Positions 15,001 through 26,080 of a DNA stretch of 64,000 nucleotides are shown here, piece by piece (position 1 is the stretch's first letter; each line of letters begins with the position of its first letter). This stretch comes from Octopus bimaculoides (Eukaryota). Made by a program: the position numbers and the translations under genes. The notes beneath the pieces are model-generated. The model searched no databases. It was not told the origin of the DNA and saw only the letters and a program-made list of their open reading frames with translations. The DNA lies in assembly GCF_001194135.2 (NCBI RefSeq), contig NC_069001.1, forward strand, positions 33,113,158 through 33,177,157, in the 5' to 3' direction.

Positions 15001-16492
15001 ACGTACGTATTACGTAGGCAGGAATTAACGAAAGAACGTACGTACGTACAAACGAACCAACGATCGAACGAACGTACGTACGTATGTACGAACGAATGAA
15101 AGAACGAACGTACGTACGTAAGTACAAACGAATGAACATATATACGTACGTACGTACGAACGATTGAACGAACGATCGTACGTACGCATATAATAAATAA
15201 CGAAAGAAATTCAGAACATACAATCGAACGTACGTACGTACGTAGGCAGGAAATAGCGAAAGATCGTACGCACAAACGAACGAAGAAACGAACGTACTTA
15301 CGTACATACATAAGTACGGACGTACGAACATACGTACGTACGTAAGTACGGACGTACGAACATACGTACGTATTACGTAGGCAGGAAATAACGAAATACA
15401 TATGAACGAACCAACGTACGAACGAACGAACGACCGAACTAAGGAACGAACGTACGAAGGAAGGAATGAACGAACAAACGAACGTACAAACGTACGAATG
15501 AAGGAACGAACTTAATTACGTACGTACGTACGGACGAACGAACTTACGTACGTACGTTCGTAAGAACGATCGAACTAACGATCGAACTAACGAACGGACG
15601 TATGTACGAATTAATGATAGACCGAACGTACGTAAGTACCAACGAACGTACGTACGTGCGTAGACAGGAAATAACGAAAGAACGGATGTACGAACGATCG
15701 TACGTACGAAAGAACGTACGTACGAACGAACGTACGTACATATTATGTAGGAAGGAATTAACGAAAGAGCGTACGTACGTAAGAACGAAGAATTGAACGA
15801 ACGTACGTACGTAAGAACGAACGAACGAACGTACGTACGTATTACGTAGGCAGGAAATATCGAAAGAACGTACGTACTTACGATCGAACGAACGTACGTA
15901 TGAACAACCGAACGAACATACGTACGTACGAATGAACGAACGTAATTACGTAAGTACGAACGGGGGAACATATATACGAACATACATATATACGAACATA
16001 CATGTATACGTACGTACGTAAGAACGATTGAAGGAACGAACGTACGTACGCAGGAAGGAAATAACGAGATAACATAGTGCGAAAGAAGGAACTTACTTAC
16101 GTATGTATGAACGATCGAACGAACGTACGTACGTATATACGAACGAATGAAAGAACGAACGTACGAACGAAAGTACAAACGATCGTATATATATACGTAC
16201 GTACGTACGTACGAACGACTGAACGAACGAACGTACGTACGCAGGTAAGAAATAACGAAAGAACGTAAGTACGTACGAACGAACGTAAGTACGTACGAAC
16301 GAACGTAAGTACGTACGAACGAAAGTAAGTACGTAGGCAAGAAATAACGAAAGAACGAACGAAGGAACATACGTACGAACGAACGTACTTACGAACGAAC
16401 GTACGTACCTATTACGTAGGCAGGAATTAACAAAAGATCGTACGTACGTACGAACGAAGAAACGTACGAACTTACGTACGTACGTAAGTAAA
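1..16492. repeat. CpG-rich satellite/minisatellite array of CGTA/CGAA (TACG/TTCG) tetramers with a recurrent GCAGGAAATAACGAAAGAAC box; contains a 100-N gap at 5927-6026
   Basis: Continuous degenerate (ACGT)n/(ACGA)n for 16.5 kb. T-rich strand on + from 1 to ~2720, A-rich strand on + from ~2721 to 16492. Ends at the 100-N gap 16493-16592. Confidence 0.97.
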
Positions 16493-16592
16493 NNNNNNNN
16501 NNNNNNNNNNNNNNNNNNNNNNNNNNNNNNNNNNNNNNNNNNNNNNNNNNNNNNNNNNNNNNNNNNNNNNNNNNNNNNNNNNNNNNNNNNNN

Positions 16593-16720
16593 GTTACTGC
16601 AACAGCTTGGGTTTCAGGGGCCCACAGCTTTTTAATATTCTCTTATTTTGTCAGATGAGTAAAATGACTTTCAGCCTGTGTAGTTTTTGCAGCCTGTCTT
16701 GCAGCAGGATGGTTCTGCTT
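16593..16720 (+). mobile_element. Possible non-LTR retrotransposon (L2/CR1-like) ORF2 C-terminal fragment
   Basis: Translates as LGFRGPQLFNIL, resembling the xxRGPxLFNxLP motif at the end of L2/CR1-group RT ORFs. Short and degenerate. Confidence 0.3.
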
Positions 16721-17797
16721 TATGGCAGTTGTAGTGTCCCTCATCAAAGCATGAGAGTAACTGCAGCTATTGAGAAACCTGCATTATGTGAAGAGAATAT
16801 AATAGAGACAAGATTAACCTAAAATAACATGCATCAAGATGAAACAATCCAATGTGTAAATACTTGGTTATAAGAAGACATTACTAGAAAGATGTAAGGT
16901 TTTGATGGTAGCCACAAACTTCTCTGAATCCACACTGCAGGATGCTCCTTCAAAGACAAAACTGTTCTAAAGATTCCATTCGAACTGATCAGCAGAAAAG
17001 ATCTAAATATGTCATTGGAGGAAGTATTTCAATTTGTGATATCCAGCTTCTTGTCTCTTTGACTGCCATTTCATTGAAGTTCCTTAGAAGCTCTTACAAG
17101 ATATACATGACACAAACAGACAAAATTTTAAGAAATACGACATAAAGAATTATTCCTGATGCTACTATGGATAAAAAAAAGTTACGAAGAAAGTGCTTCA
17201 CCATCGGTGTGCAAGAAAGATTGCTGAGGTTAGGAAGAAAAGATCTCTCACTGTAAGAGAGAAAAACCACTTCAAAAATATCTGCAGAAACAAGCGCAAA
17301 GTCTTATTTAAAGCATTTACATGTTGAGTGGGATGCATTTCAAGGCCTATATCCATTTACATATATCAACAAATCCATAATCTCATACAATGATATTTGA
17401 TCACCATCTCTGTGATCCAAATAGGTTCACAACCTCTTCCTTTCATTAATCTGTCAGCATCCTTTGCTGATAATTTGTCTACAGTTAATTATGGCCACAA
17501 GAAACTCAATCCTTTCAGTAATGACCGACACAGGATGTCAAAGCCACCAGGTATTGAAGTAATCCACTGAATTAGAATCAAATGAAGTTAATTAACATTG
17601 CCAACAACAAGAGAATTGGTGCTGCCATATTAAGATGCCTTGGGACATATTTCTACAATTCATAAAAGCAGCTTCGTACATCAATCTATCTGTATAAGCT
17701 TGATAAAGTGAAAAAGAAGGGTTTTTCTAGTGATTATTTTCCATTTTACTAACGATTAGATGTTTCCAAATTATCACACACACACACACACATATAT

Positions 17798-18279
17798 TGT
17801 TATGTATATCTATAATATAATGAAGGGAAAGAACTTACAATATTTTCCGAAGGTGGTGAGATAAACGTTTGTCAACGACCCTTTGGCAGAAGTGATTTTT
17901 CCAAGGATACATAGAGGGGACAAACAAGGAACATATAAGGTCAAATGTTGGTATGGATAACAAATACATATACGGGAAGTTAGCATCGTACGAGACAGGT
18001 AATCTCGTTTACTTACTATTACCAAGCGAGGCAGGTAATCTCGTACTTCCTGTTAAAAAGGGGAGTTGAGAAGACAGATGGAGCTTGGCACGGATGGTAC
18101 CAAAACCAGAGACGGAGCTGCATATGGGTCGGACCGTTCACCACCTACCTTTAAACAATTGAGGACTGGACATAATCTCAATATTTGAACATTAATTTCC
18201 CTGTTTGAACAATTTCTGTTGTTGCGATCAGAAGTTTACCCCCCTTTTTTTTTACATTAGAATTTGTCTGATCATAACA
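17798..18279 (+). repeat. 5' LTR (482 bp)
   Basis: 7-bp terminal inverted repeat TGTTATG/CATAACA. Internal 18-bp direct repeats at 17991-18008 and 18027-18044. TATA-like TTAAAAAG near 18052. Immediately followed by the PBS. Confidence 0.8.
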
Positions 18280-18282
18280 AAT

Positions 18283-18300
18283 TGGGGGCTCGTCCGGGAT
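18283..18300 (+). promoter_or_regulatory. Primer-binding site complementary to the 3' 18 nt of tRNA-Pro
   Basis: TGGGGGCTCGTCCGGGAT is the canonical tRNA-Pro PBS (includes the complement of CCA). Confidence 0.92.
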
Positions 18301-18339
18301 CCGAACCCGGGACCTCTCGCACCCCTAGACCAACGAGCC
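18283..18339 (-). pseudogene. Reverse-transcribed mature tRNA-Pro copy (CCA-tailed) lacking 18 nt of the D-arm 3' side and anticodon arm 5' side; not a functional tRNA gene
   Basis: Minus strand reads GGCTCGTTGGTCTAGGGGT|GCGAGAGGTCCCGGGTTCGGATCCCGGACGAGCCCCCA. This is the conserved eukaryotic tRNA-Pro with ATGATTCTCGCTTNGGGT removed. Confidence 0.9.
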
Positions 18340-18413
18340 TATTTCCGACATTATTAAGACTAAGGAGTAGTTTGTTTCAGAAGTTCACTCACCAAAGCCT
18401 GCTATTTTTGTTG

Positions 18414-18722
18414 CCTTTTATTTCAAAAGGGTTTGTCTCACTTGAGGGTGATAGGTCCACATTACGACCCATTACTATTTGGAGGGATACAGGCGCACTC
18501 CAGTCTCTAGTGTTGGAAGGTACTCTTCCTTTCTCGAAAGTGTCGTCTGCTAGTTCTGATGTTTTATTAGAGGGCATTAGTGGAATTTCAAGTGCACCTC
18601 TTCATTTTGTTGATTTGCAGTCAGATTTTGTGCCTGGTTTGGTGAAAGTTGGTGTTAAGAATACACTCCCAGTATCAGGTGTAGACTTGCTAATTGGAAA
18701 TGATTTAGCAGGGTCCAAGGTT
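18414..18722 (+). pseudogene. Gypsy-type retroviral aspartic protease (retropepsin) fragment
   Basis: PFISKGFVSL...IWRDTGALQSLVL...PLHFVDLQSDFVPGLVKVGV...GVDLLIGNDLAG. Contains the DTGA catalytic motif (18486-18497) and the LLGND-like C-terminal motif. No ATG start; gag, RT and IN are absent. Confidence 0.85.
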
Positions 18723-18849
18723 TTGTCTGATCGTAACAATATACATACAGACAGACAGATAGATAGATAAATAGATAGATAGATACACAGGTAGACATGT
18801 CTGCACATACACTGTCCCATATGATAGATTGGGGATAAATGAGAAGGAA

Positions 18850-19480
18850 AAACTTAGAAATAGTCCTAAAAAGAGGAAGCCAAATGGAGCTTATCTACAG
18901 AAAGCAACTGTGGTCTTAAAGGATGATTGAAACTGTTCAATGGAAAGATTATTAGTTGTTTTACAACAATAATCACAGGAGATTTAGAAAGATAATCATC
19001 TATAAAGGAAATATAGTAATAACATGGTAAACTTACAGGAACAGTAAAGCAGTTAAGTATTCAAAAACAACAAGGAGATATTTATCTAAATACATAATAT
19101 TATTCATAGATCATCAAATTAAAAGAAGAATACATCTTGAATAATTGGTATCAATTACTGAAATATTTGACAGATCTCAACTAACGGACATGAGATCAGT
19201 TATGAAAGTAATAGTGTGCATGAAATCAAAGAAAGATTAAGCAACGTTTGTGGTGCCACTGCTTTTTCTATTATAGCATATTTTCACTGACATTAAAACT
19301 AATGTTGTTATAATGATAAAGTTATCAGCTCTAGTTTTCTAGGGAAGAAAGACTGGGAAATTGAATGGAGAGAACAGCTAAAGACTTGAATGCTTCCAGA
19401 ATATGAAATTTAGTCATAGACTTTTTATAACCAACACTGACAGAGAGCAAATTCTAGGTCATAGTATTTAATCACTAAAA
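18850..19480 (+). mobile_element. Highly degenerate RTE-like LINE reverse transcriptase remnant
   Basis: Broken frames giving KYL..., HEIKERL... and LNAF... resemble RTE RT thumb-region motifs. Many stops and frameshifts. Confidence 0.35.
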
Positions 19481-19749
19481 ACATGGCTCAATAGTTAAAG
19501 AGTTCTTTTCTTAACAATGGAAGACACATGTATTGTACAAGAGCCAAGCTTTGGTCATTCTTCATTTTTGCAATAAACAATAATTCTTCCTAATTTTGAC
19601 ACAAGGTCAGCAATTTTAAGGGGTGGGGATAATCGATTACATTGACCCCAATATTCAACTGGTACTTATTTCATCAACCCCCAAAAGGATGAAACACAAG
19701 GGTAACCTCAGCAGAACAGTGGTACCATAATTAACCAAGGCAGAGAAAG

Positions 19750-19935
19750 GGTAATATGAGCCCAAGGGGAACAATAAACAGCAATATCAACCCAAAATGG
19801 ATAATACGGGGCAATATCAACCCAAGTGGGATAAAACACAATGTAAACCCAAAAGGATTAAAGGGCAATGTCAACTAAAGAGGGTTAATTGGTAATGTCA
19901 ATCCTAGAGGAATAAATGAAACATAAACCGAAAGA
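19750..19935. repeat. Degenerate ~27-30-bp minisatellite (~6 units)
   Basis: Units such as caatatcaacccaaaatggataatacgggg, caatgtaaacccaaaaggattaaaggg and caatgtcaactaaagagggttaattgg. Confidence 0.7.
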
Positions 19936-20169
19936 GTTCCCTCGTCATCAATTCAACATTAATTCTTACAAGCCACAAATTTCTAAAAGAAGTGGAGGGA
20001 TTACAGTAAATTCCAATGCATTACTACCAATCTTGGTATTTATTTTAACAGGAAAGGAAAAGTATTTGTAGAAAAGGAGATGAAAGCATTAATCATCTCT
20101 TATGTGAATGAAGTAAGCTAGGAATTAAAGGAGTATCAGTGAAGGTACGACTGTGTCAGTGAAAAAGTG

Positions 20170-20606
20170 TACAAGGAAGTTGGCCATATTTGTGGATTCA
20201 AAGTAAGAGAAAAGTGGTTTGAACACAAACCAGAGGTGAATAATAATTGCAGGATTTTATGGGGTTTCGCCATAGACTGACCATGACTATTGAATCAAGA
20301 AGACCAAATATGATTATGGAGGTAAAAAAAAGGTGTAAGATCATAGACATAGGTGAGTGAATATCAAAGAGACTTAGAAATATCAGGACAAAGCAAGAGA
20401 GGAGGAGAAGAGATGGTGGAAGACAAAAGATGACAGTTGTTCTTGTGGTAATTGATGCACTGCGGCACAAACACCCAATCTATTGGAATTGAAACATGCA
20501 TTGTCAACCTGCAGAAAAGTGTCATCTGCATTCTGCAAGAATCTTAAGAAAAATTTTTGAGATTTTAGGAAACTTATCATCACCAAGCTGCAGAATAACA
20601 TTCCTG

Positions 20607-20640
<34 letters not shown>
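20170..20640 (+). mobile_element. R4/Dong-clade non-LTR retrotransposon 3' remnant (restriction-like endonuclease domain) with (TAA)n tail
   Basis: KWFEHKPEVNNNCRILWGFAI*...TIESRRPNMIMEVKKRCKIIDIG matches the KWYEHKP...KILWDFxIQTD...RRPD...CxIID pattern. Followed by (TAA)n at 20610-20640. Confidence 0.65.
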
Positions 20641-20641
<1 letters not shown>

Positions 20642-20858
20642 CCTTTCTACTATAGGCACAAGGTCTGAAATTTGATGGGGTGGCAAGGCTAGTCGAGTAT
20701 ATTGACCTCAGTGCTCAACTGATACTTATTTCTTCCACCCCGAAAGGATGAAAGGCACAGTTGATCTTAGCAGAACTTGAACTCAAAACGTCAAACCAGG
20801 AGAAATGCTGCTAAGCATTTTGCTCGGCATGCTAACAATTCTGCCAGTTTGCTACTTT
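20641..20858 (-). mobile_element. tRNA-derived SINE, family A (~210 bp; core GACTTTGCCTTTCATCCTTTCGGGGTCGATAAAATAAGTACC)
   Basis: Many homologous copies in the window. Box-B-like GAGTTCAAATTC in the head, (TTA)n tail. Confidence 0.85.
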
Positions 20859-21814
20859 AATAATAATGATAAAAATAATGATGATGATAATAATAATAAT
20901 AATAATAATAATAGTCTGTCTCCTTTCCTTACAGTATATCATTGCTAATCATAAATAGCACTCATAGCAAAACATCCAACTTGCTGTTGCTTGAGGTCTC
21001 TTGGAGAGACTTGGAACATCTTGTATCAAACAAAGCAACAAAAACATAAAATGATAATAATAGCAACAGCAACAACAACAACAACAACAATAATAATAAC
21101 AACAACAACAGATAAAAGAAAAGATGACCATTAATATAAGAATAACAACAACAGAGCATTTATAGAGAATAAATGAATAAAATAGCAGAGACTGCAGTAA
21201 ATTTGGTGTCCAACCCTTTTGTTACCATTTTTCTATTGAAATACACTGCATTTGTTTCAATTAATTTTGAAAATAATGAAGAATTTAGTAAAATAGCTGT
21301 CATTATTAGACTGGCATTTGGAACAGAAGTTAACATGAAATTTTGAAAGAAGGTTTTTAACTAAGATCATTCTGAAGAAAGAAGTTTGTATCAAAGAACC
21401 ATGGGTATTCCCAGACAGGTTTGTATCAAAAGGGTTAAACTATTGGATGTCATGACCACATGGGAAAGAAAGATAACTGATTCCACATCAGATAAACTCA
21501 AGTTGTGAAGAGACAGGCCATGAGATATTTTGACATAGCTATTTCGACGTCATTGATTTGACTGATTTATTTGACATTAAGTATTCTAATGTCTCTCTCT
21601 CATTTTCTCCTTCCCTCTTTCTCTCTCTGTTTATGCGAGTGAGCATATTTATATTTATGTCTGAGAGGAAAATGCTGTCAATTGCAATGTCACTCTCCCT
21701 CTCTCTATCTGTATGCACATATTTCTGCTTGTCTTTTTTTATTTATTTGCTATTCTGGGCCATGCCCAAATCAAGGTGGACTTTTGGTATTGCCCTCACT
21801 GCACTCTTATTCTT

Positions 21815-22215
21815 TTCTTTTCTACTCTAGGCACAAGGCCTGGAATTTTGGGGGGAGGGAGCCAGTCGATTAGATCCCCCCAGTATGCAACTGGTACTTA
21901 AATTATCAACCCTGAATGGATGAAAGGCAAAGTCAACCTTGGTGGAATTTGAACTCAGAACGTAAAGACAGACGAAATACCACTAAGCATTTCACCTGGC
22001 GTCCTAACGTTTCTTTTCTACTCTAGGCACAAGAGGAGGCCAGTCGATTAGATTGACCTCAATATGCAACTGGTACTTAATCTATAGACCCCAAAAGGAT
22101 AAAAGGCAAAGTTGACCTTGGTGGAATTTAAACTCAGAACGTGAAGACAGACGAAATACTGTTAAACATTTCACCCAGTGTGCTAACATTTCTGTCAGCT
22201 CATTGCACTCTTTTG
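21815..22215 (-). mobile_element. Two tandem SINE family A copies
   Basis: Repeated ctactctaggcacaag...ggatgaaaggcaaagt...gaactcagaacgt motifs at ~200-bp spacing. Confidence 0.85.
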
Positions 22216-24812
22216 ACCGAGTTCTGTAGCCAGTGGAAAGAACCTTCTTGCATTCTGTTGTGCATTAGTGGTGAAAATGAGCAATTCTAAGTGTCATTAG
22301 ACCCAGTGTCTTCTGTTCAGAAGAACCTTCTGAAGAAGTTCCAAAAGTTCTTGGCCTGGTAGTCCAATTCAGAAGCATTGGCTGTTTGGGATAAACTTTA
22401 ATTATGGCCAAGTCTGAGTAGCCAGTAATTAAACAAGTTCTAGGTGTACCCAGGGTGGTGAGATTATGCAGCAAGTGTTCATAAAGCTAGTACAATGGAG
22501 TTATGCATGTGTGTATCTGTTTACCTCCAGTGTGTCACCCAAACAAGTTGAATGTCTAGTTAACCATATCAAATCGTCAGAGTCCAAACAGCCACACCCA
22601 ACCATCTCACTCCAGAAAAAAAAAAACAAACAAACAAACAAAATAGACATGGAAATTTAGATCTTTTTGTTTGCTTTTTTAGAATTATATATAAATTGAT
22701 ATGAAATTGTTAAAATTGAGACATTTTTTCATATTTAAAAAATTTTTTAAGGGGTAGTTGAAATTTGAATATTAAAAAAAAAAAAATTGATTTAAACTTT
22801 AAATTCAGGTCTGAAGACCACTTTTTCTATTACTTTTTTTTTAAAAGCCTTAAAAAAATTAATTCAAATTTTTTTTTAGGGAATTTCAAATTTATGAAAT
22901 TTTTCAATTTTGCCAGATTAAAAAATAAAAGAAAAAGACAAAAAAAAAAGAATCTGATTTTGGAACAATGGAAAAAAGGTAGAAATAAGAAATATTAAAA
23001 AATTCACATATCTGATGGGAAAAGATATTGCTGCTGCTCAACTGAAGCAGATGGACATTGTGTGTTTAATTAGTGGTCAAGTGGTGGAGAAATTAGTTTA
23101 AACTTTACAAAATAGTGAAGCAACCACTTCTACAGGGACAGTTCTAGATGGTTGATCTACCTGATAGAAATAGCAATTGATCTACCTTAATGAGAAATAG
23201 CAGTTGAACTGGCTCATTAGCAATCTTAATTATTTCAATGAAAACAATATAACAGAAAAATAATTAATTTTTTTTTTAATCAAAAACATTTTTGTTGTTG
23301 TTTGGCACTAGGTGAACTCTGACTGAGCCAACTTATGATCAAAAGCATTCCAACTGTGACCACCTCTATCTGTTTAGAAATACATCTAAAACTACAATAT
23401 TTAATGTGTCCTTTACAATTTTAAGACAAAAAAGAAATGGTGGGGTTGAACTGACATACAAATATAACATTGACTTTCCAGACAATGATGGCCCAGAGCC
23501 TCTTATGATCTGCACTAATTTATGAGCAGGAACTGCAGATTTATGCAGCTGCTGAACTAGTTTACCGAGCAGCCCTGTTTCACATTACCTGGCACAGTAC
23601 AGTGTTAATAAGCTTGTATCACTTATACTGATGTACAAGTACCTGTATTTCATTTAATTCTTGATTAACATCTGGCTCAGAAAAATCAGGAATTAGAAAA
23701 AGCTTTGGGAAGCAACGGTTCCAGAATATCAATGTTGTACCTATATTTGACTAGTATCTGCTCTATCTACCCACAAAATATGGAAGGTAAATGTTCACCT
23801 AATATTAATGACTTATTTGCCATAAGGGTGAACAGAAGTAAAAAACGGTACAAATAGTGAAAACAAGACAAAAAGAAAGAACTGATAGCATTTATCTATT
23901 TTATGCACTATTATATTACTGAATACTGGGTCATTGGATGTTTAGTTGTCACATGCCTTACTGCTTTTCAAAAGATATATTGTTATTCTTTAATCCCTGG
24001 CCAACTATGATTGTTAAAAATGTTCTAGCCATGATTATTCCGTTTTTTTAATTTCAGACGTTGTATATCCAGGACTACATTATGCAATGTGTCTTTTCTT
24101 TTTAGAAGATGCTGGGATGGGATTTGAAGGAGATTTTGCTACTATTTCTAGCAGGTCAAGCAACCACACAAAGTTTCCCTTCATTAAAATTTATTTATTA
24201 TGAAGACACTAAAAGGGATTAGTTCAATCCAAGGATGATCCATTTTGGGAATTTTTTCTGAAATTTGCCGAATGATATGTATAATAAAAAAAAGTGAGGG
24301 GAGCGGTAATTAAAAAATGATTTATTAATTACCGTCTACGTTGAGGCAAGATGGTTGTGAAATACATTTTATCACAAATAACCATTTTTTTCAAAAACAT
24401 CGTTTGGAATAAACATCTTTAAAAGTTTGTATATCATATAACAGTGACTTAAAATAAGAAAAAAGGAAGAAAAACAATAAAAATTTGTATAAACTAATGA
24501 ACATGATCAGTTTTGGCTTTGAAATTATTGATTTTGGAAATGAAGACTCAATTAGGTTCCCTAAAAGGCTGATCAATTCCTTAAGTCATAGGGCTTGTTT
24601 TAATAAGATCGACATTTGAAAATATGTGAACAAAATGTATATAAGTTTCCCCTTGAAATTATTACGAGGTTGCAAAACTGTACAATAATAGAAATTGTCA
24701 AATACCCAAAAAGGAATAAAATGCAAAACTGAAGCAAATCTGATGACAGAAAACATTTAAGATTAAGAAGAAAAAACAAACAAATAAGAACTAATAATAA
24801 TAATAACAATAA

Positions 24813-25043
24813 TGGTTTCAAATTTTGGCACAAAGCCAGCAATTTCAGGGGAGGGGCTAAGTTGGCTACATCGACCCCAGTGCTCAACTGGTAGTTATTT
24901 TATTGACCCTGAAAGGATGAAAGGCAAAATCAACCTTGGTGGAATTTGAACTCAGAATGTAAAGATGGATGAAATGCTGCTAAGCATTTTGCCCAGCTTG
25001 CTAACGATTCTGCCAGCTAACCACCGCCTAATAATAATAATAG

Positions 25044-25088
<45 letters not shown>

Positions 25089-26080
25089 TAATGGTTTCAA
25101 CTTTTAGGCACAAGGTCAGCAATTTTAGGGGGGAAGTAAGTTGATTTAATTGACCCCAGTGCTTAATTGGTTCTTATTCTATTGACCCCGAAAGGATGTA
25201 AGGCAAAGTCAACCATGGTGGAATTTCAACTCAGAACATAAGGAACATTTGAACTCAGAACAACAGCCATTTTGTCTGGTGTGCTAACAATCCTACCAGC
25301 TTGCTACCTTCCTTTCTATCATAGACACAAGGCCTGAAATTTGGGGGAAGGGGGCCAGTTGATTACACCACCCCAGTGTTTAACTGGTACTTAATTCATC
25401 GACCTTGAAAGGATGAAAGGCAAAGTCGACCTCGGTGGAATTTGAACACAGAATGTAAGGCTGCCTCTGAGTATTTTGTTCAGTGTGCTAATGGTTCAAC
25501 CAGTTCGTCGTCTTAATAATAATAATAACAACAACAACAATTGTTTCAAATTTTTAGCACAAGACCAGTAATTTAGAAAGGAGGGACAAATTTATAACAT
25601 CAACCTTGCCAGTACTTGACAGGAACTGAGAGCAGAAAGAAAAGACACTCAGCTGGGCTCAAATTTTAGCACAAAGCTAATAATTTTTTCTTGGGGAGAT
25701 GGGGATGAATCGATTATGTCAACCCCAGATACTTATTTTATTTTCTCCAAAAGAGCTAAAGACAAACTCAACCTCACAAGAAATTTGAACTCTGAACATA
25801 AATATGGATGAAATGCCACTAAGCACTTTGTCCAGCACGGTAAGGATTCCTACTATAGGCACAGGGCCTGAAATATTTTGGGGTGGAGGGAGGGGATAGT
25901 CGATTACATTGACCCCCACCCCCAACCCCATCAGTGCTCAACTGGTACTTGTTTCATCAAACTTGAAAGGATGAAAGGCAAAGTCGACCTTGGTGGAATT
26001 TGAACTCAAAGCGTAAAAGCAGACAAATGGCTTAGCAGCATTTTATTCAGCATGGTAATGATTCTGCCAGCTAGCCACCC

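Larger units (their letters stand above)
17798..18738 (+). mobile_element. Internally deleted Ty3/Gypsy LTR retrotransposon (LTR - PBS/tRNA copy - protease fragment - 17-bp LTR end), 4-bp TSD ATAT
   Basis: 5' TGTTATG...CATAACA 3' LTR termini. TGG-starting PBS 3 nt after the LTR. Retropepsin DTGA segment. 18722-18738 (tttgtctgatcgtaaca) matches the LTR end 18263-18279 at 16/17. ATAT at 17794-17797 and 18739-18742. Confidence 0.85.

Noticed and set aside
392-16370. Dozens of long ORFs (up to 304 aa) rich in VRTY/FVRS/NERT
   Set aside because: They are translations of a tetramer satellite that rarely produces stop codons. They overlap in all frames and have no domain content.
2914-16430. Conserved ~30-bp box with variable spacers, superficially CRISPR-like
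   Set aside because: The spacers are themselves CGTA/CGAA repeats of irregular length, the context is eukaryotic, and there are no cas genes.
16493-16592. Apparent adjacency of the satellite to the PLD-bearing region
   Set aside because: They are separated by an exact 100-N gap, typical of a scaffolding join of unknown size, so no positional relationship is claimed.
18283-18339. Functional tRNA-Pro gene
   Set aside because: Anticodon arm deleted, CCA encoded, no oligo-T terminator, and located at the PBS position of an LTR.
18264-18770. 168-aa ORF running from the LTR end through the tRNA copy into the protease, as an expressed chimeric gene
   Set aside because: Starts at TTG, has no in-frame ATG, and ends in a microsatellite. 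It is best explained as a retroelement fragment.
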